A stretch of DNA of 64,000 nt from NCBI RefSeq assembly GCF_009914755.1, contig NC_060926.1. One strand, written 5' to 3'. The DNA is from the human T2T-CHM13v2.0 reference genome, Homo sapiens. Position 1 is the first letter of the stretch. Every line of letters begins with the position of its first letter. Shown here piece after piece: positions 29,621-44,800 of the stretch. The notes below the pieces were generated by a model that had not been told where the DNA came from, searched no databases, and was given only the letters and a program-made list of their open reading frames with translations. The position numbers and the translations under genes are program-made.

Positions 29621-30488
29621 AGAATTTGAGTTCCAAATTGCTGTGCTAGCTGAAGCACTGCCTACCCTCTCTCTCTCCCAACCAACAGAAAAACAAAAAT
29701 ACGTATATGCAGCACTGAGATTATCACCAGAAATATCCCAGAACTCAAATATGAAGATGAGACAGTTTCTGGAACCATAATAAAGTGAAAAAACTGAGCA
29801 ATTCATTAAGAGAATTGAATTTCCACATCTATCATGCCCCTCCCGCAATTTTGCTGGTTGTCTACCTGATTCTCACTTTTTCCAAGTATGCAGAAAATTT
29901 TTTCCCAACTGTGGTTTCTAAATTGGAAAAAGTGAGATTGAGGTAGACAACCAGCTTCCCCGTCATCTTGGGTTTCCTGGCAGGAGACCTGCCTTGTCTT
30001 AACTCACAGGAAGCATCAAGGGAAAAATACCCCTGAGGACAGAGACAAGGGGAAGCAGGAATATCATCCCCAGCCTTGGAAACTCTGCCCTATAACTCAG
30101 CCAAAGAAGCTGTGAAATCGGAGTGGCTGTTCAGCAGCACTATGAAAGTTCATCCCACAGTTTCTCTGGGCACAAACCCCTAGCCAACCTTCTCATACTG
30201 CTAGGATATCAGGGACCTCCCTCATTCAGGAGGGGCAGAGCTCCACCTGAGGCAAACCTTAGCCTAAGATGCCACCTAGAGCCAAAAAGGAGTCAGAGAC
30301 CTAGTGGTAAAGTATGTCTAAGTAAATACATCGAATAAAAACCAACACAAACTAGAGATAACTGGAATAAATAATGAATCATTCAATGTGAAGACATAGG
30401 CATACAAGCATAAGAAACAACAGCAAACAGGGAATCACAATCGTTCCAAATTAACAAAGTAAGGAACCAGTAATTGACCCTAACAAGA
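29620..30488 (+). mobile_element. Probable 5' region of a further old L1 running into an ORF1 start
   Basis: GC-richer 5' UTR-like stretch followed by aagaaacaacagcaaacagggaatcac...gtaaggaaccagtaattgaccctaacaagatg, typical of L1M ORF1 starts. Confidence 0.55.
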
Positions 30489-30489
30489 T

Positions 30490-30621
30490 GAGTTTGTTTT
30501 TTGATTTTTTTTTTTTTTTTAACGCTCATCAGCTATCGCTAGTGTTTGTGTATTTTATGTGTGGCCCAAGACAATTCTTCTTTCAATGTGGCCAGGGAAG
30601 CCAAAAGACTGAATACCCCTG
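30490..30621 (-). mobile_element. Half MER30 (one TIR only)
   Basis: gctcatcagctatcgctagtg...tgtgtggcccaagacaattcttc...gccaaaagactgaatacccctg. Confidence 0.82.
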
Positions 30622-30638
30622 GTCAAAAGTCAAAGATA

Positions 30639-30937
30639 GGCTGGGCGTAGTAGCTCACACCTGTAATCCCAGCACTGTGGGAGGCTGAGGTAGGCAGATC
30701 AAGAGATTGAGACCATCCTGGCCAACATGGTGAAACTCCGTCTCTATAAAAGTACAAAAATTAGCTGGGCATGGTGGCATGCGCCTGTAGTCCCAGCTAC
30801 ACGGGAGACTGAGGCAGGAAAATCGCTTGAACCCGGGAGGTGGAGATTTCAGTGAGCTGAGATCACGCCACTGTACTCCAGCCTGGCAACAGAGCAAGAC
30901 TCCGTCTCAAAAAAAAAAAAAGAAAAAAAAGAAAAAA
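30639..30937 (+). mobile_element. AluSc-like
   Basis: Full dimer, TSD aaaagtcaaagata. Confidence 0.92.
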
Positions 30938-31205
30938 AAAAGTCAAAGATAAATGTTTGGTGTACTGATATGAAGATGAGACAGTTTCTGGAACCACAGC
31001 AAAGTGAAAAAATGGAGCAACTCATAAGAGAATTAGATTTCCACATCCATCATGCCCCTTCATCAATTTTGCTGATTATCCACCTAATTCTCACTTTATC
31101 TAAGTATGCAGAAAAATTGTCCCCAACTTATCGTTTCTAAACTGGAAAAAGTGAGATTGAGGTAGACAACCAGCTTCCCCATCATCTTGAATTCCCTGGC
31201 AGGAG

Positions 31206-33345
<2,140 letters not shown>

Positions 33346-33347
33346 AC

Positions 33348-33608
33348 ATTTTTAATTGGCACATAATATACATATTTATGGGGTACATAGTGATGTCTTG
33401 AGACATATAATGTATAGTAATCAGGTTAGGGTAATTAACATATTTATCATCTCAAACATTTGTTATGTCTTTGTGTTAAGGACATTCAATATCCTTCTAG
33501 CCATTTGAAACTATATATGTTATATATATGTTATATTAACTATATATGTTTTCTATATAAGTTATTATTTATATATATGGTATTAACTATAGTCATCTTA
33601 TAGTGCTA
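33348..33608 (-). mobile_element. L1MA-type extreme 3' end, antisense
   Basis: tttttaattggcacataatatacatatttatggggtacatagtgatg...ccatttgaaactata. Confidence 0.8.
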
Positions 33609-33938
<330 letters not shown>

Positions 33939-34059
33939 TCAAGAATGCATGGGAGGGAAGGGAAGATCCAGATTTTGTCTAGCAGAGAACCAACTTATAC
34001 AATTTTAGGGGTTCTTTTTAAATAAACAACATTCCAAATGTAGATATAAAATATAGGAT

Positions 34060-37000
34060 GACAGAAGGTGGTCAACTAGAAGCAGCTGCAGTCTGCAGCT
34101 CTCATGAAGAAAAATGAAAACAGTAAGTGAATTCCACATCTACGACCGAAATTTCCAGGTTCTCACATTGGGACTGACTAGGCAGATGGCTCAACCCACG
34201 GAGACTGGCAAGAAGCAAGGTGGAGTGATGGCCCACCTGGGAGCAGCAAGGAGCCAAAGGAACCCCCACTGCCAGCCAAGAAAAGTGGTGAGTAATTGTG
34301 TGGCTCCACCTGGGAAACCATGCTTCTCCCATGGATCTTTTCAATCCATGGATCAGGAGATTCCCTTGTGAGCCCACACCACCAGGGCCTTGGGTCTGAC
34401 ACACAGAGCTGTACAGAGTTGTGGCAGAACTGCCGTTCAAGCTCATATAGAAACCCAGGAGTTTTACACACTCTGGCCCCAAGAATCCTGGCAAGGTGGG
34501 AGATCTATTCATATACTCCCCTAGGAAGAGGGCTTAATCCAGAAGCCAAGCAGCAATGTTCTGTGGGCCCCACTTCCATGGCACCTCATGAGTTAAGACC
34601 CACTGGCCTGGAATTCCAGACAGCCAGTGCAACAGGATGGAAACTGCGTGAGATGGATGAGTTCTCAGGGGAAGGATGGCCATCGTTTCTAAGGTTAGGT
34701 CAATTCAGCCATTCTAGCTTGCTGGCTCTGGGGAGTCCAGGCAGTCTGGATGAGAAGGGATCCCCTACAGTGCAGCACAGCTACTGTGCCAGATTGTGGC
34801 CAGACTGCTTTTTTTTAAGTGGGACCCCATTTGATTTCTCCTCACTGGGCAGGGCCTCCCTGTGGGAATTTTAGCAACTCCAGTTAGGGTTATATAGACA
34901 GAACTCTGATCTCTCCCTTGGAAGAAGCCTGCAGGGAGAGGGCCAGCTGACATCTCCATGGTTTAGTCAACTCAGCCTTTCCAGTTTGCTGGCTGTGAAG
35001 ATTCAGGTGGTCCAGATGAGGAAGGGTTCTCCCAATGCAGCACACCTGCTCTACCAAAAAGCAGCCAGACTGCTTCTTTAAGCAGGTCCTTGATCCCATT
35101 TTTCCTGACTGGGTGAGAATTCCTAACAGAGGTCTCCAGGCAACTCCTACAGGAGCATGTGGGCCAGCAACAGGTCAGTACTCCACCTGGGATGGAGCTC
35201 CCAGAGAAAGGAGCAGGCTGCCATCTTTGCTGTTTTGCAGGCTTCACTGGTGATACCTCCAAGTAAGGGAAAAACCAAGGCAAGTAGTGTTTGAAGCCAC
35301 CCACCAGCAAATCACAGTGGCCGTACAGAAATGGGGCCTGACTGTTAAAAGAAAAACAAACAGAAAGCAACAACAACAACAATAACATCAACAAAAAAAG
35401 ACCCTGCAAAACCCTCAAAGGTTAGCAACCTCAAAAATCGAAGGTAAATAAGCCCACAAATATGAGAAAGAATCAATGCAAAAATGCAGAAAACTCAAAA
35501 AGCCAGAGTGCTTCTTCTCCTCCGAATGACCACAACACCTCTCCAGCAAGGGCAAAGAACTTGGCTGAGGCTGAGATGGCTGAACTGACAGAAGTAGGCT
35601 TCAGAAAGTGGGTAATAATGAACTTCACTGAGCCAAAGGAGCATGTTCTAACCCAATGCAAAGAAGCTAAGAATCATGGTAAAACATTACAGGAGCTAAT
35701 AACCAGAATAGCCAGTTTAAAGAGGAATATAAGTAACCTGATGGAGGTGTAAAACACAATACAAGAACTTCACAATGCAATCACAAGTATCAATAGCAAA
35801 ACAGACTAACAGGAGGGAAGAATCTCAGAGCATGAAGACTATCTTTCTGAAATAAGACCAACAAAAATAGAGAAAAAAGAATGAAAAGAAATGAACAAAT
35901 TCTCTGAGAAATATGAGACTATGTATAAAGTCTGAATCTACAACTGATTGGGGTACCTAAAATAGACAGGGAGAATGGAACCAAGTTGGAAAACATACTT
36001 CAGGATATCATCAAGAAGAATTTCCCCAACCTAGCAAGACAGGCCAACATTCAAATTCAGGAAATCCAGGGAACCTCAGTAAGATACTCCATAAGAAATT
36101 CAACCCCAAGACACATAATCATTAGATTTGCTAAGGTTGAAATGAAAGAAAAAATGTTAAGGGCAGCCAGAGAGAAAGACCAGATTACCTACAAAGGGAA
36201 ACCCATAAGACTAACAGTGGATCTCTGTGGAAATCCTACAAGCCAGAAGAGACTGATTTCAAGTCTCTTCTTAGGTGAATATTCAAGATTCTTAAAGAAA
36301 ATAATTTCTAACCCAAAATTTCATATGTAGCCAAACTAAGCTTCATAAATGAAGGACAAAGAAGATCTTTTTCAGACAAGCAAATGCTGAGAGAATTCAT
36401 CACTACCAGACCTGCTTTGCAAGAGGTCCTGAAGGAAGCACTAAATATGAAAAGAAACCTTATGAGCCACTACAAAAGCACACTGAAGTACACAGACCAA
36501 TGACACCATGAAGCAAGCACATAAACAAGTCTTCAAAATAACCAGCTAGTATCATGATGACAGGATCAAATCCACACATATCAATACTAAACTTAAATGT
36601 AAATGGGCTAAATGCCCCAATTAAAAGACACCGAATGGCAAGCTGGATAGAGTCTAGACTCATCAGTATGCTGTCTTCAAGAGACCCATCTCATGCACAA
36701 AGACACACAAGCTCAAAATAAAGGGATGGAGGAACACTTACCAAGCAAATGGAAAACAAAAAGAAGAGGGGTCACAACCTTAGTTTCTGACAAAACAGAC
36801 TTTAAACCAACAAAGATCAAAAAGACAAAGAAGAGTATACATAATAGTAAAGGGTTTAATTCAACAAGAAGACCTAACTATACTAAATATATATGCACCC
36901 AATACAGGAGCACCCAGATTTATATAGCAAGTTCTTAGAGACAGGCAAAGAGACTTAGACTTCCACAAAATAATAGTGGGAGACTTTAACAACCCACTGA

Positions 37001-40000
37001 CAATATTAGATCATTGAGACAGAAAATTAACAAAGATATTCAGGATGTGAACTCAACTCTGGATCAAGTGGATCTGATAGATATCTACAGAACTCCCCTC
37101 ACCAAAGCAACAGAATATACATTCTTATCACCACATGGCACTTACTCTAAATTTGATCACATAATTGAAAATAAAACACACCTCAGCAAATGCAAAGGAA
37201 ATGAAATCATAACAAACAGTCTCTCAGACCACAGTGCAATCAAACTAGAACTCAAGACTATGAAATTCACTGAAAACCACACAACTACATGGAAATTGAA
37301 TGACCTGCTCTTGAATGACTCCTGGGTAAATAATGAAATTAAGGCAGAAATCAAGAAGTTCTTTGAAACGAATGAAAGCAAAGGAACAATGAACCAGAAT
37401 CTCTCAGATATGGCTAAAGTAGTGTTAAGAGGGAAATTTATGGCAGTAAATTCCCAAATCAAAAAGCTAGAAAGATATCAAATTAACAACCTAACATCAC
37501 GACTAAAAGAACCAGAGAACAAGATCAAACAAACCCCAAAGCTAGAAGGCAAGAAATAACCTAGATCAGAGCAAAACTGAAGGAGATAGAAACACAAAAA
37601 TGCTTCAAAAAAATCAATGAATCCAGGAGCTAGGTTTAAAAAAAATCAATTAATAGACTACTAGCTACATTAATAAAGAAAAGAGAGAAAAATCAAATAG
37701 ACACAATCAGAAATGATAAGGGGGATATCACCACTGACCTCAGAGAAATACAACCAACCATCAAAGAATACTAAAAACACCTCTATGCACATAAACTAAA
37801 AAATCTAGAAGAAATGGATAAATTCTTGGACACATACACCGGGAAGAAACTGAATTCCTGAATAGACCAATAATGAGTTCTAAAATTAAGGCAGTAACAA
37901 ATAGCCTACCAACAAAAAAAACCCAGGACCAGATGGATTTACAGCTGAATTCCACCACAGGTACAAAGAAGAGGTGGTACCATTTATTTCTTTTTGTTTT
38001 TTGAAAAATTTTACTTTAAGTTCTGGGATACAAGGGCAGAATGTGATAGTACCATTTTTGCTGAAATTATTCCAAACAATTGAAAAGGAGGGACTCCTTC
38101 CTAACTCATTTCATGAGGCCAGCATCATCCTAAGACCAAAACCTGGCACAGTTACAACAAAAAAAAACTTCAGGCCAATATCCCTGATGAACATTATGCA
38201 AAAATCCTCCAAAAATACTGGCAAATGAAATCCAGCAGCACATCAAAAAGCTTATCCACTACAATCAAGTTGGCTTCATCCCCGGGATGCAAGGTTGGTT
38301 CAACATATGCAAATTAATAAATGTGATTCATCACATGAACAGAATTAAAGACAAAAGCCACATGATTATCTCAATAGATGCAGAAAAGGCCTTCATGTTA
38401 AAAACTCTCAGTAACTAGGTATTGAAGGAACATACCTCAAAATAATAAGGTCATATATGGCAAACCCATAGCCAATATTATGCTAAAGGCAAAAGCTGGA
38501 AGCATTCCCCTTGAAAACCAGCGCAAGGCAAAGATGTCCTCTCTTACCACTCCTATTTAACATAGTATTGGAAGTCCTGGCCAGGGCAATTAGGCAAGAG
38601 AAAGAATTAAAGGGTATTTAAATAGGGAGAAAGGAATTCAAATTATCTTTGTTTGTGGATGGCATGGTCCTATATCTAGAAAAAAATCCCATCATCTCAG
38701 CCCAAAAACTTCTTAAGCTGATAAGCAACTTCAGCAAAGTCTCACGATAAAAAATTAAATGTGCAAAGATCACTAGCATTCCTATACACCAACAACAGGC
38801 AAGCAGAGAGCCAAATTGTGAATAACCTCCCATTTACAATTGCTATAAAAAGAATAAAACATCTAGGAATACAGCTAATAAGGGAAGTGAAGAACCTCTT
38901 CAAACAGAACTACAAATCACTGCTCAAGGAAATCAAACAGAAATACAAATCACTGCTCAAGGAGAGGACACAAATGAAAAAACATTCTATGCTCACAGAT
39001 AGAAAGAATCAACATTGTAAAAATGGCCATACTGCCCAAAGTAATTTATAGATTCAATTCTATTCCTATTAAACTACCATTGAAATTCTTCACAGAATTA
39101 GAAAAAACTATTTTAAAATTCATATGGAACAAAAAAAGAGCTCAAATAGCTAAGGCAATCCTAAGCAAAAAGAACAAAGCTGAAGGCGTTACACTACCTG
39201 ACTTCAATCTATACTACAAGGCTACAGTTATCAAAACAGCATGGTACAGACACACAGACATTGGAACAGAATAGAGAACTCAGAAATAAGATCACACACC
39301 TACAACCATCTGATCTTCAATAAACCTGACAAAAAATAGCAATGGGAAAAGGATTCTCTATTTAATAAATGGTGCTGGGAGAACTGGCTAGCCAAATGCA
39401 GAAAATTGAAACTGGACTCCTTCCTTACGCCTTATAAAAAAATTAACTGAAGAGGAATTAAACACTTAAATGTAAAACCCCAAACTATAAAAACCCTAAA
39501 AGAAAATCTAGCAGTACCATTCAGGACACAGGCACGGGAAAAGATTTCATGATGAAAATGCCGAAAGTAATTGTGCCAAAAATCAAAATTGACAAATGAA
39601 TTATAGTTAAACTAAAGAGCTACTGCACAGCGAAAGAAACTATCATTAGAGTGAACAAAAAAATCTACAGAATGGGAGAAAAATTTTGCAATCTGTTCAT
39701 CTGACAAAGGTCTAATATCCAGGTTTTACAAGAAATTTAAATTTATAAGAAAAAACCCCATTAAAAAGTGGGCAAAGGAATAAATAGACCCTTCTCAAAA
39801 GAAGACATTCGTGTGGCCAATAAACAGATGAAAAAAAGCTAAACATCACTGATCATTAGAAAAATGCAAATCAAAACCACAATGAGATACCATCACACGC
39901 CAGTCAGAATGGTGATTATTAAAAAGTCTAGAAACAATAGATGCTGGTGATGTTGTGGAGAAAAACTAACACTTTTACGCTGTTGGTGGGAGTGTAAATT

Positions 40001-40620
40001 AGTTCAACTGTTAGGGAAGACAGTGTGGTGATTCCTCAGAGATCTAGAGGCAGAAATACCATTTGACCTAGCAATTCCATTACTGGGTATATATGCAAAG
40101 GAATATAAATTATTCCATTATAAATACACATGCATGTAAATGTTCATTATAGCACTGTTCACAATGGCAAACACATGGAATCAACCCAAACACCCATCAA
40201 TGATAGACTGGATAAAGAAAATGTGGCACATATATACCAAGGAATATTATGCAGCCATAAAAAGGAGCAGGATCATGTTCTTTGCAGGGATATGGATGGA
40301 GCTGGAAGGCATTATCCTCAGCAAACTAACACAGGAACAGAAAACCAAACGCTGCATGCTCTCACTTGTAAGTGGGAGCTGAATGATGAGAACACATGAA
40401 TGCCTGGTGGGAAACAACACACGCTGGGACCTGTCAGGGGGAGGGGTGGGGGAAGGGAAAGCATCAGGAAGAATAACTAATGGATGCTGGGCTTACTATC
40501 AAAGTGATGGGTTGATCTGTGCAGCAAACCACCATGGCACAAGTTTACCTATGTAACAAACCTGCACATCCTGCACATGTATCCTGGAACTCAAATGTTG
40601 AAGAAGAAAAAAAAAAAGAA
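34060..40620 (+). mobile_element. Full-length inactive primate L1 (roughly L1PA8-L1PA13 age)
   Basis: 5' UTR, ORF1 from 35462 (MRKNQCKNAENSK), ORF2 fragments (37014..37559 and others), 3' UTR and poly(A). Many stops and frameshifts. Confidence 0.92.
37986..38046 (-). mobile_element. Very short 5'-truncated L1PA 3' end inserted antisense within the L1
   Basis: T-rich tail plus tactttaagttctgggataca...cagaatgtg, flanked by TSD gtaccattt. Confidence 0.8.
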
Positions 40621-40845
40621 TGAGAAAGGAAATCACAATATATTACAAAATTTAAAATCTAACACATAACACAAACATCACAAGTTCCAGAAAAACAATA
40701 TTAAATTCCTGACCACATACACTCTCTACCCCTCTATATTTTTTCCCTTGGCCACACCACACAAGTGTAGGTTTTTTGTGTTTGTTTTGTTTTGTTTTTT
40801 TCAGAATTTTCCAAGTATCTTTTTCATGTCTATTTTTAAAACATT

Positions 40846-41122
40846 GCTGGGTGTGGTGGCTCATGCCTATAATCCCAGCACTTTGGGAGGCTGAGGTGGG
40901 CGGATCACAAGGTCAGGAGATCGAGACCATCCTGGCTAACATGGTGAAACCCCATCTCTACTAAAAATACAAAAATTAGCTGGGTGTGGTGGCACGTGCT
41001 TGTAATTCCAGCTACTTGGGAGGCTGAGGCAAGAGAATCACTTGAACCCGGGAGGCAGAGATTGCAGTGAGCCTAGATCACACCACTGCACTTTAGTCTG
41101 GTGACAGAGCAAGACTCCCTCT

Positions 41123-41159
<37 letters not shown>

Positions 41160-41179
41160 AAAAGAAAAAGAAAAAAAAA
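40846..41179 (+). mobile_element. AluS-type with a long A-rich tail
   Basis: Full dimer, about 35 A followed by (GAAAA)n. Confidence 0.92.
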
Positions 41180-41184
41180 GGAAT

Positions 41185-41695
<511 letters not shown>

Positions 41696-41854
41696 CAGAG
41701 CATGGCCTACTGGGCCAGCTGGTCTCCCCATAAATATAATCAAGTGTTTTATGTTTTAAAAACTGTACTGCTGAACAACAATAACCACAAAAACTACTGC
41801 CCCCACTGAAAAAAAAAAAGCAGACAACCAAATAAAAAACAAATAAAGATGCAT

Positions 41855-44800
41855 TGCTGGCAAGATGGCCAAACAGGAAGAGCTCTGGTCTGCAGCTCTC
41901 AGCAAGAGCAACACAGAAGGCAGGTGATTTCTGCATTTCCAACTGAGGGACCCAGTTCATCTCATACGGACTAGCTGGACAGTAGGTGCAGCCCATGGTG
42001 GGCGAGCCGAAGCAGGGTGGGGTGTCGCCTCACCTGGGAAGTACAAAGGGTCAGGGAATTCCCTGCCCTAGCCAAAGGAAGCTGTGAGGGACTGTGAACG
42101 GTGCACTCCAGCCCAGATAGTTTACTGTCCCCATGGTCTCCACAACCTGCAGACTAGAAGATTCTCTCCAGTGTCTATGCCACCAGAGCCCTGGGTTTCA
42201 AACACAAAACTGGGCAGCCATTTGGGCAGACACTGAGCTAGCTGCAGGAGTTTTTCATGCCTCAGTGGCACCTCAAACACCAGTGAGACAGAACTGTTCG
42301 CTCCCCTGGAAAGGGGGCTGAAGCCAGGAAGCCAAGTGGTCTGGCTCAGCAGGTCCCACCCCCACAGAGCCCAGCAAGCTAAGATCCACTGGCTTGAAAT
42401 TCTTGCTGCCAGCACAGCAGTCTGAAGTCTACCTGGGACACTTGAGTTTGGTGGGGGGAGGGGCGTCTGCCATTGCTGAGGCTTGAGTAGGTGGTTTTAC
42501 TCTCACGGTGTACACAAAGCCTCTGGGAAGTTTGAACTGGGTGGAGCCCACCACAGCTCAGCAAGGCTGCTGTGGCCAGACTGCCTCTCTAGATTCCTCC
42601 TCTCTGGGCAGGGCATCTCTGAAAAAAAGGCAGCAGCTCCAGTCAGGAGCTTATAGGTAAAACCACCATCTCCCTGAGAAAGAGCACCTGGGAGAAGGGA
42701 CGGCTGTGGGCACAGCTTCAGCAGAATTAAATGTCCCTGCCTGACAGCTATGAAGAGAGCAGCAGATCTCTCAGGACAGTGTTTGAGCTCTGCTAAGGGT
42801 CAGACTACCTCAAGTGGGTCCCTGACCCCCATGTCTCCTGACTGGGAGACACCTCCCAGTAGGGGCTGACGGACACCTCATACAGGAGAGCTTTGGCTGG
42901 CATCTGGCAGGTGCCCCTCTGGGATGAAGCTTCCAGAGGAAGAAACAGGAAACAATTTTTGCTGTTCTACATCCTCAGGGAAACAGGGTCTGGTGTGGAC
43001 CTCCAGCAAACTCCAGCAGATCTGCAGCAGAGGGGACCTGACTGTTAGAAGGAAAACTAACAAACAGAAAGGAAGCATCAACATCAATAAAAAGGACATC
43101 CACTCAGAGACCTTATCCAAAGTTCACCAAGAAAAATCCAGAGTTCATCAAGAAAAATCCATGAAATGGGGAGAAACCAGCTCAAAAAGGCTCAAAATTC
43201 CAAAAACCAGAACACCTTTTCTCCTCCAAAGGATCACAACTCCTCACTAACAAGGGAACAAAACTGCATGGGGAATGAGTTTGATGAATTGACAGAAGTA
43301 GGCTTCAGAAGGTGGGTAATAACAAACTCCTCCGAGCTAAAGGAGCATGTTCTAACCAAACGCGAGGAAGCTAAGAACGTTGAAAAAAAGTGAGATGAAT
43401 TGCTAACTAGATTAACCAGTTTAGAAAAGAACATAAATGACCAGATGGAGCTGAAACAGCATGAGAACTTTGTGAAGGATACACAGGTATCAATAGCCAA
43501 ATCGATCAAGCAGAAGAAAGGATATCAGATATTGAAGGTCAACTTAATTAAATAAAGCAAGAAGACCAGATTAGAGAAAAAAGAATAAAAAGGAATGAAC
43601 AAAGCCTCTAAGAAATATAAGACTATGTGAAAACACCAAATCTACATTTGATTGGTGTATCTGAAAGAGATGGGGAGGATAGAACTGAGTTGGAAAACAT
43701 TCTTCAGGAGATTATCCAGGATAATTTCCCCAACTTACCAAGACAGGCCAACATTCAAATTTAGGAAATACAGAGAACACCACAAAGATAATCCTCGAGA
43801 AGAGCAACCCCAAGACACATAATTGTCAGATTCACCAAGGCTGGAATGAAGAAAAAAATGTTAAAGGCAGCCAGAGAGAAAAGTCAGGTTACGCACAAAG
43901 AGAAGCCCATGAGACTAACAGCAGATCTCCCTGCAGAAACCTACATGCCAGAAGAGAGTGGGGGCCAATATTCAACATTCTTAAAGAAAAGAATTTTCAA
44001 CCCAGAATTTCATATCCAGCCATACTAAACTTTATAAGTGAAGGAGAAATAAAATCCTTTACAGATAAGCAAATGCGGAGAGATTTTGTCACCACCAGGC
44101 CTGCCTTACAAGAACTCCTGAAGAAAGCACTCAACGTGGAAAGGAACAACTGGTACTACCCACTGCAAAAGCATACCAAATTGTAAAGGCCATTGACACT
44201 ATGAAGAAACTGCATCAAGTAACAGGCAAAATAACCAGCTAGCATCATAATGACAGGATCAAATTCACACATAACAATATTAACCTTAAATTTAAACAGG
44301 CTAAATGCCCCAAGAAAAAGACACAGACTGGAAAGTTAGATAAAGGGTCAAGACCCATCAGTGTGCTGTATTCAGGAGACCCATCTCACATGCAAAAACA
44401 CACATAGGCTCAAAATAAAGGGATGGAGGAAGATCTACCAAGGAAATGGAAAGCAAAAAAAGCAGGGGTTGCAATTCTAGTCTCCGATAAAACAAAATTT
44501 AAACCAACAAAGATCAAAAAAGACAAAGAAGGGAATGGTAAGGGATCAATGAAACATGAGCTAACTATCCTAAATATATATGCACCCAATACAGGAGCAC
44601 TTAGATTCATAAAGCAAGTTCTTACAGACCTAGAAAGAGACTTAGACTCCTACACAATAGTGGGAGACTTTAACACTCCACTGTCAATATTAGACAGATC
44701 AACGAGACAGAAAATTGACAAGGATATTCAGGACTTGAACTCAGTTCTGGACGAAGTGCACCTAACAGAAATCTACAGAGCTCTCCACCCCAAATCAACA

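Noticed and set aside
34296-35418. 192 aa and 148 aa ORFs in the L1 5' UTR as ORF0-like genes
   Set aside because: They lie in GC-rich, stop-poor 5' UTR sequence, several begin at non-ATG codons, and I see no resemblance to the 71 aa ORF0.
41810-41855. 5' transduction or TSD for the L1PA7-like element (aaagcaga versus aaggcaga at 48511)
   Set aside because: The match is too short and imperfect in an A-rich context.
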